NCBI GenBank assembly: GCA_051362555.1
Contig: CM120643.1
Span: 11,568,644-11,632,643 of the forward strand
Source: Lingula anatina
Lineage: Eukaryota > Animalia > Brachiopoda
Direction of reading: 5' to 3'
Length of the DNA stretch: 64,000 nucleotides
The notes beneath the pieces were generated by a model. It ran no database searches, was not told the DNA's origin, and was given only the letters and a program-made list of their open reading frames with translations. Position 1 is the stretch's first letter; each line of letters begins with the position of its first letter. Of this stretch, positions 33,701 through 49,400 are shown one piece after another. A program made the position numbers and the translations under genes.

Positions 33701-36700
33701 AATATGAAATCATTTTACGAGCAGATTCCAGTACCTCCCTGAATGTTTTCCATTTCAAAACCTGCAACCAGGTTAGGTAGTCTAATTAGGAAGCTCTACA
33801 AATTGATAAACAGATGCCATGCAAACATTTCTCTCAGAGTTGTCTAATCTCATGGCCTCGGCTCAGGTTAAAATGAATTTAAACATGCTTCTATATCCAT
33901 GAACATTGTGAAGTGACACCAAGCACAATAGTCTGTTATGTCGCACGCAATTTTTATTTCTAATATCTGTTTCTGCTATTTACAAAATAATAGTAAGTTT
34001 AAGTAGAGAAGATTATGTTAAGACCATGTGTCATTTTCATCCCTCTCGGAACAAGTTTGACAGTTAAATTAACAAGCAGAGTTTTCATCCGTTTTAAAAG
34101 TCTCCAACTAGAGACGTTCAAAATACAGCTGGTAAGCTTAGTAGTATAAAGAGACACTTAAGCTCTCCCTAGGTGTTTTTAAGACATCTTAAAACATATC
34201 TTTAGAGAGAAAGAAATTTTGGAAAATATCTTTTGAGAGAAAAAGAGAAATTACATTAAATGGAGAACTTGGCATTTAGCACAATTGGCTTGGCGCAAAG
34301 GACCTGTTCTCTTGAAAATGGCTTTCAAATTAGCTTTAAGGGTGAGCTCCTTTTAGTTTTCAGATATCCCAATACTGAATATAAATATTTTTACGAGGGA
34401 TTTGGAATTATAATAATGATAATTAAAGAGCTCAGACATTTCTTTAAAAAAACCAAGATGAACTTTATTTGATCTGATGACAAATTTTGGAGTTAAAGTG
34501 CAAAACTACACATGATGATGTGATGTTTTGGTTGTGAGTACCATGAGGCATGCTCCATATAACTCTTAACTTGTTTAAAAGTCTTTGCTTTTGTGTCTGA
34601 ATTGATAAAAATTTCAGTGTTTTATACACCCCTTATGAGCAGAGAATGAATGAGAAAAGTTGTGAAAAAGTGTCAGAAGTGATTTTCATATATAGACATT
34701 TTGTACCTTGAGCAAGTTGAGATTTGGGAACAAAAAACACCAGTGCACAAGACAGCTGTTGCTGCCATTAAAAAAAGATAAGATTATTAATAATGAACTG
34801 CTGTTTATCTACACATTTGGACTATTCCTACTTTTGACTTAAAAGGGACATTTTATGGCAGATAATGTAAAAATCAATAGATCTTCACATTTTTCTGAAC
34901 TGTGTCGCGTGCTGTACAATTTATGTTTGTCTGCTCCAGATGCATGCTGTTATAGTTTGTAAAGATAATGTTGTCACATGTCTTGAACTGTCTGTCATGC
35001 CTGTTTATAATCACCAAGGGACATGTCATACTTGCAGAGCTGTAAGCATGCATTTTTAATATGATCTCAATTCAACTACTGAGGCTAACTGCAAGTGCCT
35101 TTTTACTTTGTGGAAGTGTTTTGCTTTCACAGATCAACCCATCTACAGTATTTATTTAGGTATTTTATTACATGGTTTAGGCAGTAAACACATGCTTGTT
35201 GACAGTGCTTGAGAATTTTTTTTTTAAATGATTTTTTATAAATATGAGGATGTGTTTTGGTTTGTTTATATTTCTTAAACTAAATGGCATTAACATTTTA
35301 GAGAAGAGAAATGGAGGTGTTGTGGAAGGGGGGGGGGGGTACATGTATATATGTATGAACTTTGGGTCACATATTTCGATTGCTGTCAAAAAGGATCACT
35401 TTGTCAGGTGTTTGTGATCCAGACACAGTTGTCAGACGTAAATTCCAGCTGAAAATACCATTGAGTTTTTCAGGCAAAGAAAAGAAGTCATGATAAGTCA
35501 GGTGAATGATTCAGTGGGAAGCATATATACCAGATCTCTTCAACTTGAATAAATAAGCATTATCCCTCTCTAGTGTGAACTTGAGTGTATCTCCTCTTCT
35601 ACCTGCTGACTAACATGCCTTGCTCACTACTGCACTGACTCAGATGAAAACAAAAGAAAGTGTCTTCAAAAGAGAGAGAGGGTAGATATTCTTGGTCTAG
35701 TGCTTTTCAATCATTTTGCCTACACTTTGGGCCTGTTATCAAGAAGTGTGGTGTTGACTTAATTTGATATCAGGAATTTACTTAATGCTTGGTACATGGA
35801 GTTTGTAGTGAAAAGCCAACCTTGTGTACACATTGCTAGAATATGTGGAAATAAAAACTAAGTTTTAAACAGGCCATAGAGCCAGTATACTTCTGTTTTG
35901 TCTGTCTGGTGCCCCTTATCTACATTTTCCCCTTTAATATCATAGTTTCATAGATGGCTTTTTTCCAACAAATGATTTACAAAAGTAACAAAATATAAAG
36001 AAACGTGTAATTTACCAGAGCTAAAGTAAATTGTTTTTAGTTGTAGGTGAAAATTAAACATGGGCAAATTCACGGAAAAGGGCTGGAAGACATCGGTCTT
36101 AAAACTGGAATAGTCTGTATTCCATGTACATATGGTTGGGTATCCTTGGCTGTCAGTTTCCATGGCCAAAAGTGGCATTTTGGGTTATTTGTCAGATTGG
36201 ATAATTGAATGAAACATCTAATGATCTTCTGTAAGTAGCCCTGTGTGTGTCTTAATGAGAAATCATCAAGGCGCAGAGAGCACTAAACCAAACTGAAAAA
36301 TGCTTTGATGAGCTCTTATTAAAGAAGACGAATCTTTGATATCTTGATCACCATTGAGGAGCATGCAACCTGGTGATAACAAATCCCTTATTTACAGGTA
36401 TATTGAAAAAAAAAAAGGAAAAAAAAAAGAAACGGGGAAACATGATTTAGAGCCAACTTAAAGGAGGCAATTCTAGACTGATTTTGAAAAAAGTTTGTTA
36501 AGCTGTTGGTGGGTCTGGTGTTGGAACGAATACATACTCATTTTTTCACCACTGGAATGTTCATGTTTGTTAATGTAAATACTATAGAAGTTGTGTACAT
36601 TATATTCCATGCTGTAGTGAAGGGGGCAGTGTACAGGCTTTCCATCATCTCACATTTTACCATTTTCTGTCTAGTAGCTGTTAAACGTTATATGGCTTTT

Positions 36701-39700
36701 TTTTTTTTAGAGAAGTTAGAACACTATCTCTAGCTCAAAATTGCAATTTTTGAAATGAAAACATGGAAAATGCAAGTAACTTTAGCCAAGTGAATATTGT
36801 TATTAAAACATTAATTTTTATAGCATATCTTAGTTTAGAAGTTCAGTAGATGGTCTTTATGTAATAGAAGATTTTTGTCAGTGTTTATACCCCAAACCTG
36901 TATATTGTCACTAAATTGTAACTGTTATAGTTTACATAGCAGCAATAGACAATATTTCTGTTTGAGCAGCTGCAGTAGCTACAATATTAGCTCTGATATT
37001 TTGTTTTTATTTTATGATATTTAGACTTGGCTGTTTGTGTGAACAAAAAAAAAAAAAAATTCCTTCTCACTTCAAATTGTGCAATAAAAGGGCAGCTGAT
37101 CCTTACTGTAATGTTCATTACCTGACAATTGATACAAAGATGTGTCAACACTGCCTTATTACAGAAGCGATAAAATCTTGAAGTGGGATTTTGTGCAGTG
37201 AAAATCTTAGTCTCAAAATAGGAACACATAAAGCTAAAACCATTTCTTTAAAGACATGAACTCTAGTTTCTTGGTGAAAATAGGGGAGACTGTCATTTCT
37301 CCTTGATGCTACCCCAAGCCTGTATCCGGGGATGGGGGAGGGGTTTGGAGGGCTCGAAAGAACCACTCCTTTTGCAGGGAAAAGGTCCGCTCTGGGTAAA
37401 ATTTGATCTTGGTACATGAAATTTTTATGGTAAAAGGTCCACTTTATGAGAAAAAGAATTCCCCCTCCCCTAATTTACGACTAAAATACATTAATATTTA
37501 TCTGTAAAATTCAGAATTTCCTCATTGAAAAGATTGAGTCATTACCATACTATTTTAGGGTCATAGATTCAATGGAGTCCTTGTTCAGATATTTGGTGAA
37601 CCTAATCATGTCTAAAACTTGCACTGGAACCAAGGACAGGAAGAACTGACATTAAATCATTGCACCTCACATAACTTAGTTGCCTGTACTTTGTCAGTGA
37701 ATTAATTCTAGGCTGATATTATATTTTCAAATTTTCTGACACAAAATGAAGGTTCTTGCGTGGCATTAGATCTGTAATGAAAGGTGCTGGTTTTCCAATT
37801 TGGATCAAGTTTTATCATCGGGCAAAGCACTGAGTGACCCAGATGTGGCCTGGGCATTTAAGTTACCTGGATTGGGATTTTGCTTGCTTGTTCCAGCAAC
37901 TAAATTGAATGATTTAAAAAAGGAACATCACCCCAGGTTGTGATAGCAGATATATCTGTCCTTTAATGTATTACTTTCTTCTTTCCAAAATTTTACTTAT
38001 AAAACATGTCACAGGAATAGTTAAGTAAAATCAATTACTACTATTTAGAAGAAAATTTGACTACTTTAATTTGAAATATTGATTGCAGAAAATGTATGGT
38101 AGACAATTTTTAGAAAATTGCCAGCTTGAGACAAAGAGTTTTCCTGTATTAAATTCACAGCTGAGGGCAGAGTGGACTATTCCACATGAAAGAGACAGAG
38201 TGCCACTGCATTCTCACATCATATTAGCTGGGTCGACCCAACTCTGCAGGGGATTCTCGCTTAAGTGCAGGCAGTGGAATCAGCTTAATTGCCTGACATG
38301 CCTCCTTGAGCAGCTGAAAAAAAAAAGATTATTTGCAAATGTTCAGATTAGCAAGTGACTGTACAGTAATTGTTAAACAGTTTTATGAACACAGTGTGTT
38401 TGAACTTTTAGTCATCACCTGCATCTGCCTGTTGCCAGTTGCGTTGCTGCCTGTGCCACCATGCACTTTCCTAGTTTTGAACTTGTTAATGCCAATTATC
38501 AGTTATCTGCTGCAAAGGCAACTTAAGCAAATTGATTTTAAAAATAGAAAACATTCTAATTTTATCTTAAGCAAAAGTTTTTTTGCCAGGTTTGCAGGTG
38601 GAAATTGGAAATTCCATTTTCATGATTTTAATTTTTATTTTAAAAAATAAAATGCATTAGTTAGAATAATCAGTTATTTTTTTTTCTGAATAATGAATCT
38701 GATGTGGGGTACTAAATATTGCTTTAATTGTATTCTTTTATCTTTTTAGGTTTTCATCTCTACAACAAGCTGTCCTCCATTTTCCCAGAAAGTTGTCTAC
38801 TGATCGTCCTGGGCGTAATCATTGGAGTCATCCTCTACCTCTCCAATGCATCCAAAGAAGCCTACACCCTCAACGCTGAAACTTTCTTTTTGTTCCTGCT
38901 GCCACCTATTGTACTAGAGGCAGGATATTTTATGCCGAGCAGGGCATTCTTTGACAACATCGGCACCATTTTGATGTTTGCGGTGGTTGGCACGCTTTTC
39001 AATACATTCTGCATAGGAGGCTCCCTCTATGCTTTTTCAGGAGGTGGTAAGTTTTAGATGAAGCTTGAGGTGCGTTCGCATTGAAGATAGGTAAGATCTT
39101 CTCAGTTGGACCCTTTTCTGTGGACCATGTGTTTGCTAGTAAGTTTGATCAAAATCAGTCAAAAAGGCCCAAAACAAGGTTTTCAGCTCTGTGTGACATA
39201 ATAAGAGACTAGAAAACATGAGCTAAGTCCCACATACTTTCCTCCAAATCCCAGGAAATCGTGTTTTATTTTACACTAATTCATATGATAATGATCTTGT
39301 TGGCTATCTTGGATGATTCCTTTACCATGCTCAGCAAATATGAATCTGCTGCGTCTGGTAAAGTGCTAAAGAAGAGCAGACTTGCATGCTAAAATGAAGA
39401 AGTCAGTTAACAGAAAAGGGTTTTTAATTGGGGTAAAGATTGACTTATCTTCAATGTAAATGCACCCACATTTCTACAAAAACCACACACTGTGTAATCT
39501 TATATGCTAATTTGGAAGCATTCTTGTTTGCTGAGACAAAGCCAAACTATATTTGATTTGTTTAGGAGATATTTGATTTCAATAGCTTGTGCAGAGATCC
39601 CAAGTTAAAAGCTGTCTTGGCAGAATATCCTACTGAGTTGATATTTTTATGTGCTCTTAGACTGCATTCCCACAGATTTAGATTGATCCATCTGGATTGA

Positions 39701-42700
39701 CCTAACTCCCTGGGGGTTCATGCTGTCAGCCAAGCGCGCACGAAAGGTAATTACCCCCTTACAGCTTTTAGTAGGCGGGACAGACATTTAAGCCGGCTAA
39801 GCTGACAGTAATCTAGTGAGCCTCCCCACAGATAAATCGATCTAAAATCTGTGGGAATGCAGTCTTACACAATGAATACTAGACTGAGGGCTCTGGTGGT
39901 GATACAGAGAAAGGCATCCTATCTGGGATTTTCGTACCAAATGGAATTTACCCCTCCCCCACCTCCCCCCCCCCCCCCCCCCCCCCCCAACAAGCTATTT
40001 TCTTCTTCTCTTGAATCTCAGCCCAGAAGAAAATACGTCGTACAAACTTTCACTGTATATGAGTATAGTTTTATCATTTTTAATTGTTGGAATGGGGAAA
40101 GACAGGAAGCTTTTTGGGAGTATAACTTGGGGACATTTTCAAAATATGCATGATACCTTAAACTGTCTGGACATTGAATTGCTTCACAATGAGATGAGAT
40201 CACGTAAAATGTGTGGGTACATACAAAAGCTGAAAGCTGATGAGTGGGATGGTGAATTGGTGTATGCAGAACATGACTTTCCAACTACTGTGCCTGTTCA
40301 ATTTTGGATCAAAACAGTATAGTTAGCATGTGTATCATGTTGGATGATTAAAAGGGATAAAGGGTTAAGAAAAAAAAAAAACTTTCTAAAAATGTAAATT
40401 TCCAATGAAACCAAGGAGTTGGTACACAGTGTTATTAGCATCCACAGTGATAAATAAAATGGGTTTGCTACCTGCCCTCTTTAAGAAGAGAAAGCCTAAT
40501 CTGTCTTAGCTTCATTGGTATGGTAATTGCCTTTTAAATATAAATGAAAATTATTTATGTTTCAGAAACAAATTTTGTTGTAAAAACCTTACACAGATCA
40601 TTTGAAATTCCTGTTCATGAAAAATGCTTGTGTCAGAAAGGGAAATATGTTAGTGACTTGAAAATGAGAAAAGTACAGTATATTGAAAGATTTGATGCTC
40701 TTAAAATTTGTGGATTATAACTGTAGCTGCTAGATTTTGGCCCTTGTGTCTCCTTCATATGGACCTTTATACAATGAATTTTAAGTACTGGTAAGCTAGA
40801 TTTTGGGATTCTCATGATGTGTCTCAACATTTACCAACTGGTACTTAAAAACTGACAGGTGGAGACAAGAAAGTGCAAGCATGAATGTATTGATTAAGTT
40901 GGATTAAAGATATCCCGGATCTGAATTTGAGGACAAGTTACTATATTTGTCATGTAGTCCTGCTATTGATAAGGTGTCGGTGGAAAGTTTGTGTATTAAA
41001 AAAAAAAAGAAAAATGTTTCAGTCATGATTTTACCTGTGTTGGTTACACGAAAACAGCTTCTTATTTCTAGAGAATAATAAGTCTTTATTTTTTTGTTAT
41101 GTTTGTGTCTTAATACAATATTTGAAATGTGAATTTTAATTTCTATACCTTTTGATAATTATTTTGCATTATATTAACATATGAGTAAAGTCATATTCTT
41201 ATTCCACTGAGGTACTTGTTTTACTGTTTAATGATGATCCTTTGTAATTTCACACAGGAATCCCTCTGCTTGTCAAAAATGGAATATCTATTAAGCATAG
41301 AAAATAATTTCTCCCACCAGAAAAACCATGAATAAAGAGTGATTGTTAAAAAATGCAAATGAAATAATTGTCTGTCCATTTTTATGTCAATTATGAAATC
41401 ACACACAAAATAAAGATATTACAGCAGGATATGACTGACAGTCTTCTATTATCTGTGGAAAATCAGGATACTTGTCTTAATGCTTTATTGATAAGCATCA
41501 TTTAAGAAAATTCTGACCACGCCTTTAAAAGCTCATTCTAAATCCGCCCTTGACTTTTATTATTATTATTCAAGAACACAGTCATTTCCACCATTTCTGT
41601 GCAAGCTAGGTGGCAGGTACAGTAACGGAAGAAGGAAATCCTGTCATGCTGCAGGCCGAATTCTTAATTAGCAAAAAAAGAAAAAGGAAGTAGACACACT
41701 ATGTATGTCATAGCATAATATCCACCTGCATATATTCTTATGTAAGGTACAGGAACATTTAATGTCAACTGAAGTGAGAGGTTATGAATTCACATCCTGG
41801 TAATTATAGTAATATTAGTCAATTTATGAAGACTTGAGGACCTGATTCAGCAATAGGAAATCATTTGGGCAGAGAGAGAGAGAGAGAGAGCTATTACTAT
41901 TAACAGGCCTTATATGGATTTGGAGTTTACTAACACTATCCCTAGATCTTTAAGCACTAACACCCATATTAACCACATAACCCACAAATTAACTAGCACT
42001 GTCAGAGCAGATGAATGTTAGTGCTAGATATCACTTTGTTGGTGCTAAATAATTGTGCAGTGTGTTGGTTAATTTGTGGGTTTTGTGGTTAATATGGGCA
42101 TCATTGTTAAAAGATATGTAGGTAGTGTTAGTAAATGCCTTATCTGTTTATAAGGCCTGATTAAGGGAAGAAGAAAACTAACAATGCTGTTCTATTTCTG
42201 TCATAAATGGTAGATAAACAGAGAATAGGGATGCCTTCATCACAGAGATCTCATAAAAGACTAGGTCTGTTGTTTATGGTATTATAAACAACTAGAATGA
42301 CGCATGAAGACAGAGAATTAATCAATAGTCAGAACGAGAAGAACAACAGACGCTGTGAAATTTATGAAATGTGAGCTGACTTCTTATCTGAAAGAGTGCT
42401 TTTGTCAGTGACAAAAATCTGAAAATGCACAATATTGGAAGGTGTAAAATATACTAATTTGTATCATTTGCAAATTACATTTAATGTATGTTGAAAAGGA
42501 GATGTCAGATAATATCAGTCCAGCATCACTCCACCTTTACACAGCTATATACACACCTCTCTTTTCCTCATTCAGTCAGGTGGGGTTCTGCTTGGGTGGA
42601 GACTTCGGGATGGCATTGACTACAATATACGTAATAAGTCTTGGACATCACAGTTTTAAAAGTGTAATCAAATCTAAAAATACACAATATGCCCAAATTG

Positions 42701-45700
42701 GTTTCTGCTTTTATGTAGTACTGCATATGAAAGTTTGTTCCTAATTATCTGTGTACCTAAAGGTATCAAACCATCTTTTTTCAGAAACCTGTATATATTG
42801 AACTGACCCATGGTTTAGTTTTAGATTAAGTGAGGGGATATGTGGAAGGGTAGCTGTAGGTGTTGTTATATCATACAGGGGGAAAGACTTAGAACACACC
42901 TGCTCATCTGTAATTAAAATGTGCTGGTGCTCAGCCCTGATGAAAGAGAAAGATTCAATGCTGCTGATGTCCTTTATTAGAACTGTAATAAGTACAGTGA
43001 ATGTATACCGTGATGATGGAAAAGACCACTGGTAGATGATCATTAAAAAATAGAATGAATGGGTTTCATGTGTGAAATTCATCTGCTCTGTCTAATGCTT
43101 CCATTTTAGTTTCTTTGAAAAGACTTCTGGAAGTTGGAATAATTAGAAGTTTGAAAAGATATTGATGAAATGATGCTTTTGAGAGGTTTATGAAAGCAAG
43201 CTGTTACATGTTTTGTTTTATGATTCTGTTACAATGGAAATAGAAGACTTATTGTGAACTGGTGCAAACAAGCTGTACACTGTAGTAGTTAAACACAATA
43301 TACATGGTGCAACAGATGCTTACTATCTTCACTACAACTTTTTGTATACACACTCTCCTCTCTCTCTTTCTCTCCTAGCATAATTGCTGAGCAAATATAT
43401 TTCATGACAAATTGCACTGTTAACATTTATGTTGTCGCAGATGTAGAGGAGAAAAACAACATGCTTGTGGTTGTTAAATCTGCTGACAGTCTTTTTAAAA
43501 TTTTATATTATTATATTACTCATTCTGTAAGTAATTTGATTTGTATCTGAAGGATTTGATTTAATATGTGGTCTCTTCAGATTGGGCCTAATGTCTTTTT
43601 ATGCTTATTCATTCATTAAAATTAAATTATAAAAATTTTATTCAGATGTGGTATCTAGAAAATATTTTTAGAGTTTTTTTTATTCCAACATTAAATCATT
43701 AGCAATTTACTCTCTTGACATTGTGTGAGCCTACACATGGTTTCATATGAATGCTTTTTGAAGAACTAACAGAGTCTTAAAATTTTAATCAGGGCAAGTT
43801 TGAATTACATTATGCTGTATTTTGTTGCAAAACATTAGCCCACCAGTGCCATGAAGTGAAAAGGATTGCTGCATTCTTAAATCACTGACTGGTTTCCCAG
43901 AGTCCATGTACCTTTAAACAGATTACTTATGTACACATTTCTCAAACACAACCCTGTCACTGGATTTGGCCCCTGTCATATCATCTGAAATTTCAGGGAT
44001 TTTTCCACCTTTTCTTGGAAAGTTCCTGGAATGTATTGACTACTGGAAGCAAACAAAGCTAAGACTTCAGATTCTTTGTGAAACACTCCAAGTTGGCTAA
44101 ATGTCTAGTCTACTTAACTAGGTCACTTTGCTCAGGCTAGTCAACTATGGCTTTATATATATATATATATATTTTGGCAATTTTATTAAAAACTTCGAAA
44201 AAATACTTACCTGATGTAAATGGATACTTTTTTTGCATAATGATAGTCTTGTGTGGTATTTTACAGTCGTTTTTGGTGGATTTTAGTTTCATTGTCTGAT
44301 AAAGGTAACAGCCCAGATTGAGCACAGCAAATCAAGCAGTTAAGGTCAGAGCAATTAACTGTCTTGATTGCAATCAGAGGGATTTGGCAGGAACTTATAA
44401 GTTAGCAGTGCCTAGCAGTTATGCAAACAATTACCAACCCAGTAATTATCCTTGAGATTTCATAACAGGGTCACAATAGAGAGTGTGCCATGAATAAGGT
44501 AGAGACATATCCTTGAAAATCTAGTGAAAATAATTAAATCTGTAGCCCTGGTAGAGGCTAGAGCCAATGAAAGGCTGAAGCGTAGGTGGCATTAATGTCA
44601 TTTTTAATGTCAAGACAATCTGTTTTAAAGGTTAAGGACATTTTTACTTTGCAATTTCCTGATAAAAAAATGCTGCTGTGAAGTTGATAGTTTTATTTAT
44701 TAAATTTATCATGTCTGTTGTGTTGTGTTGTGGGATAGAAATGTGATTTTACTCAATCCAATTTTGAGATTGTATTGACAGTGGTAGAACAAGATGGGAT
44801 TTAGGTGTGTAATAGTGTGCTGAATATAAAATAACTTAAAAAGTCACAGGAATAATTCAGTGCAGGTTTTTCTCATCAGTATTATCAGTTTTCCCTTCTG
44901 TTCATTTTCTAAGTAAGTTGAAGAAAAAAACATGAATTTAACTCATGTTTATCAGGAATTGTAGTCATATGTTTGTTTCTGTCACTAATGTGGTTTATTC
45001 TGCTTATCTGTAGGATTATATTTGTTTACAATTCTGATCTGACTCATCTGAAATAAAAGCTAACCTAGTCCTGATTTGATCAGTATTCTGATCTGCTGCA
45101 GACCAGTTTCTGACTAGACTGGATTCTGATATGGCCTGCGACAGCATGTGTACACACACATGCACACACATGCTAAAACAGATGCATGCTCTCTCTCTCT
45201 CTCTCTCTCTCTCTCAGGCACTTAACATTTGTACTTAATTCCTTTACCATTACATATTCCAGTAATTGGGCTCATGGACATTCGCATCAGCTTCCTCCAT
45301 TGCCTGGTCTTCAGCAGCCTCATCTCTGCGGTAGACCCTGTCGCTGTCTTGGCAGTATTTGAAGAGATCCAAGTCAATGAAGTCCTATACATCATCGTAT
45401 TTGGGGAATCCTTGCTGAATGATGCTGTGACAGTGGTAAGTAAGATGTTTAGACATACTAGCTTTTAAATCCTTTTCACATCAAGCATTAAACTTAACTG
45501 AACTGGTCAACTTTGATGGGTCCTATACAATGTGCAATTACACTACAGAAGAGGGGGAAGTCACAGTTGATCCCTTTCACAAGTTCTTCCCAAGATTACT
45601 TTCTGCTATAAGATTGATTAAATGGTTGTATCGGGGGCGTCTCGATAGTCCGAAAGTTCATTGGTCTGAAAAATGGTAATATTTTCATCAGTTTTATAAT

Positions 45701-46376
45701 CTAGGGTTCATTAATCCGAAGGTACTACATTCAGACCAATGAACCCAGGGCTTGACACTAACTTTTATCGATACTGGCCCGAGATATCGGTAAATATTGC
45801 AAGGGTCATTTGGCACATGGCATTTTACTTGCTCTTTGGGCCAGTGACCCCAGCGATTCAATGGCCCTAGGTTGGTTTTCAGTGGCCCAGGGCCAGTGGG
45901 CCACCCTTAATGTCAAGAACTGGAACCTTCGGACTATTGAACCTTTGGACCATTGCTAGGGCCCTGTTGTATCTAGTGAGGGGCTCTGTTTAGGTGACTC
46001 TAGCATAATCACCAAACTATTAAGTTGTCAATTTCTCAAAGTGGACCGGTACAGTTAAGTGGACTGCTAGATGTGAAAATTAAGGGCCTTAGTGAGTTTC
46101 CAATGTAGTGATACAGAAAACGTTTTTTTTTTGTTGTTGTTGTTGTACCCTCAAAAACAAGATTGTTTGTAATTGCTGAGAAATGATTTTAAAAATAAAC
46201 ATCAGAAATATTTTTCATTTTCATGGGCTGAATATGATTATAAGCCATCATCTGAAATTCTATTTGCTGATTTTAAAATTTAAATGGATAAAGATGTGGG
46301 AGGATTTGTTTCCCAATGCATGTCCAGGTATACACCTGTTACAGGTCTGAATAATCACTGAGAAAATACAAACAAA

Positions 46377-46431
<55 letters not shown>

Positions 46432-49400
46432 AGATTGAATTGTGGATAAAAAAAGTGCTAGAGAAATTGGAATCCTACCTTCAGTGTCATTTTTATACGT
46501 TTTGTACATTTGACTTGGTTTGCAATTTGTCTATCTGGGCAAACTGCATTTGAACACCCATTGTTTTTATGATTGCCTTACAAATATCATAAGTCCATTG
46601 AGGAAGTCTGGTTTCATTAGACTAATTCACTGGTCAAAGTCTTATCGTGTTAAGTCCAGTCTGGGTCATCCCTGGTCAGTTAAGGTGCTTTAATAGGTCA
46701 TGGAAATGTCAGGAGTGTTATGGCAAGGTGTATAGAGAGGTGGTGTAGGGGTCAGGGATGTTATGACAAGGGTCTGCTGAGGGCCAGTTAAGGGTCAGAT
46801 GGAGCACTTCAAGGTCACTGGGAGGTCACACGTGTTGGAGAACACATGGTGTTAAGTATGTTAAGTATCACTTGAAAGGGTCTGCTGAATCTTGCATGTG
46901 CTGTTTAGAAAAAAGGTAAATAAGAGTTTATTGATTCTTGCAATGAGAAGTTACATGTATTAAGGTCAGGACCTATATTGTATATTGGGTCCTTAATTGT
47001 TAGAATTAAGCTAGCCAGGTAGTCGCCATAGTCATGAACATAATGGACTGTTTTTCTTTTATACTGCTTAATCATAATAAACCTAATTTTTGAACCCCTG
47101 GTACGTGTCTCGTAAAATATACCTGTAGCGTTACTTTGTTATAAAAGTTGCTTCATAGGTGCTCCTTAGTGATCTCTCAGTCAAGGGGTAAGATCTCGGG
47201 GAGGGGGGAGGGTGGCTTTGAGCACATCTTGTGGCGGATCCAGAGATATTTTCTGATGGTGTTCCAAATTATATTTCCTAAACCATCCTCCATTTTTTGA
47301 CCGTCTTCCGACAGAAAAAATTAAATGCCTTTCAATGTAAACTTGAAAAATTCTGACCGTCTGTCCACTGACATTAAATAGCTAGAGCACTTGGAGCAGT
47401 ACTCTGTGCCCACTGGCTTGGTTGCTGTCAGCATTTATTACATATTGTTAAGATTTTAAAGGTTTGCGTTCGGCTTAATTTGCTTGGGTGGGAGTCTGGC
47501 TTAATTTGCTTGGGTGCAAACCTGGTTTAATCAGCCTAATAAAGGATGACTGCTCCTCAATAGCATCTTCTAAAACTTGACTAGGTGCAACTGTCTGGAG
47601 AATTATTCAATTGGAAATATGATTAGCCCTATAGACAAGGGACGCGATTGATTTTCCAATGAAATATCACCTACTGCTAATGTCAAATGTACGCCAAGTG
47701 AATTATGTCATTGATTTGTTCATTCCCTTGTCTTTTTTTGCAGAGAGGAAAAGTAATAAGAGGGTGGAAAGATGCCAGACATTTTATGTTTTTTTTTTTT
47801 TTCGTACTTATAAGTGCACTGGCCTAATCAATGTTGGGTTGGGTAAATGAGAATGTTGTTTTATTGGACTGAGTGGAAAGGGTGATAGAAAATACAAGTC
47901 CCATAGCATTTCTTTGGCAATGCATTTCACTAAGGAAGCGTTATTTGCCAGTTCCTCGGCTGTCTACCCATACAAGACTTTGTGATTATACTCCAGATTC
48001 TGTATTTTCTATGTTCTGAGCATTCTTTAGAAATATAACAACCAGTGATGATTCTGAATTTTTCTTGTGCCCTTTTAAGTAATTTGTGCTAAGATCTACA
48101 TCTGTGTGTTCTGTATAGTTTTTAAAGGATTGTTTAAGTACCTGTTGACTGATAATGATTTTGAAAATTTTTTGCTTGTTTCATTTCAAGATTGCTTCAA
48201 AAGATCCCTCTCAATGACCCTTGTGTTGGTTCACAGATTTCTAGCACTAATTTATGTAAAAATAATAATATTCATGCTAATTTGCCACTAAAATAGTTGG
48301 ATTGTACAATAAAGTAAATGGTTAAGTTCACTAAATGAGAATAAGATTGATAAAATTGTTAATTAAAAGTGTTAAGAATAATACATTTGGTACTCTGAGG
48401 GTTTTTAAAAATACATGAATATTTATTAAAAAACGTACTTAAACTGCATGAGGTCAGTTTTTAAAAGTTTTAAGTACCCATGATGTGAATGTTAATGCCA
48501 GAGTCTATAAAAACACTTAAGAAATCAACAAAAACAGAAATTATTTCATAATGATTGTAAAAAATAAAAAGAAAAAAAAATGGGAAAAATGAGGAAGACC
48601 ATAAGCAGGGCTGAGGGAGGGGGTGAAGTGGGGGGTTGTTACCCTGAAGCTTCCCCTCTCATTTTAATAAAAACACAGCATGCAAAGTGATAAGCCAAGG
48701 TTATATCCAAAGCCTTCAAGAGAAAGGTTACTTGGGTTCTGTGTTGTGAAGACTTAACTTTCCAGGGTTTTCCAAGAAAATGAATGACCTGTCATTGAGC
48801 ACTAGATTGAGCTCAAGATTAGCTCTTAAGCCCCTGATTTCCCTCACAAACCTAGTGTAAATCTATCTTTAATCAAGGTGTTCCTTCAGTGCGAATGTGA
48901 AAGCTACCCTGGTTTAGTACCCTGACAGTGCATATATGTCCAGGTTTAGCTTATTTCTCTATTTTTTTTTTCAATTATTTCCTGACAGTGTGCTAATATT
49001 CAGGTTTAACTTATTTCTCTGTTTTTCTGGTTATTGCCTGCCAATTAAGGTGTATTTCTTCTAAAGCGTGATATTCATCCACCCCAGGTTTAAGTTGACA
49101 CTGAAAACCCACCTCTCTACTATCCCCAAGCTTCTGCTGGTATTTTTGGAAATTGCCATGTGTTATCTGCTGAAATTCAGGGTGCATTCACCGATTCATC
49201 TAGCCTCGACAAAAATGAAAAGCAAATCCATTGGTTTTCACACTATTATGTAGTTGCTGAAACTATACTTGGAAATGATTATGCTTTCTGTAGAAAATTA
49301 GGTTATTTGATTATGTGTAATACCGTGGTGACCTTATCTAAAAGTGAAGATTGTGCAATAAAATGTTTTTTTCAGAACTGCTTAAAGTAAGAACATTTCA

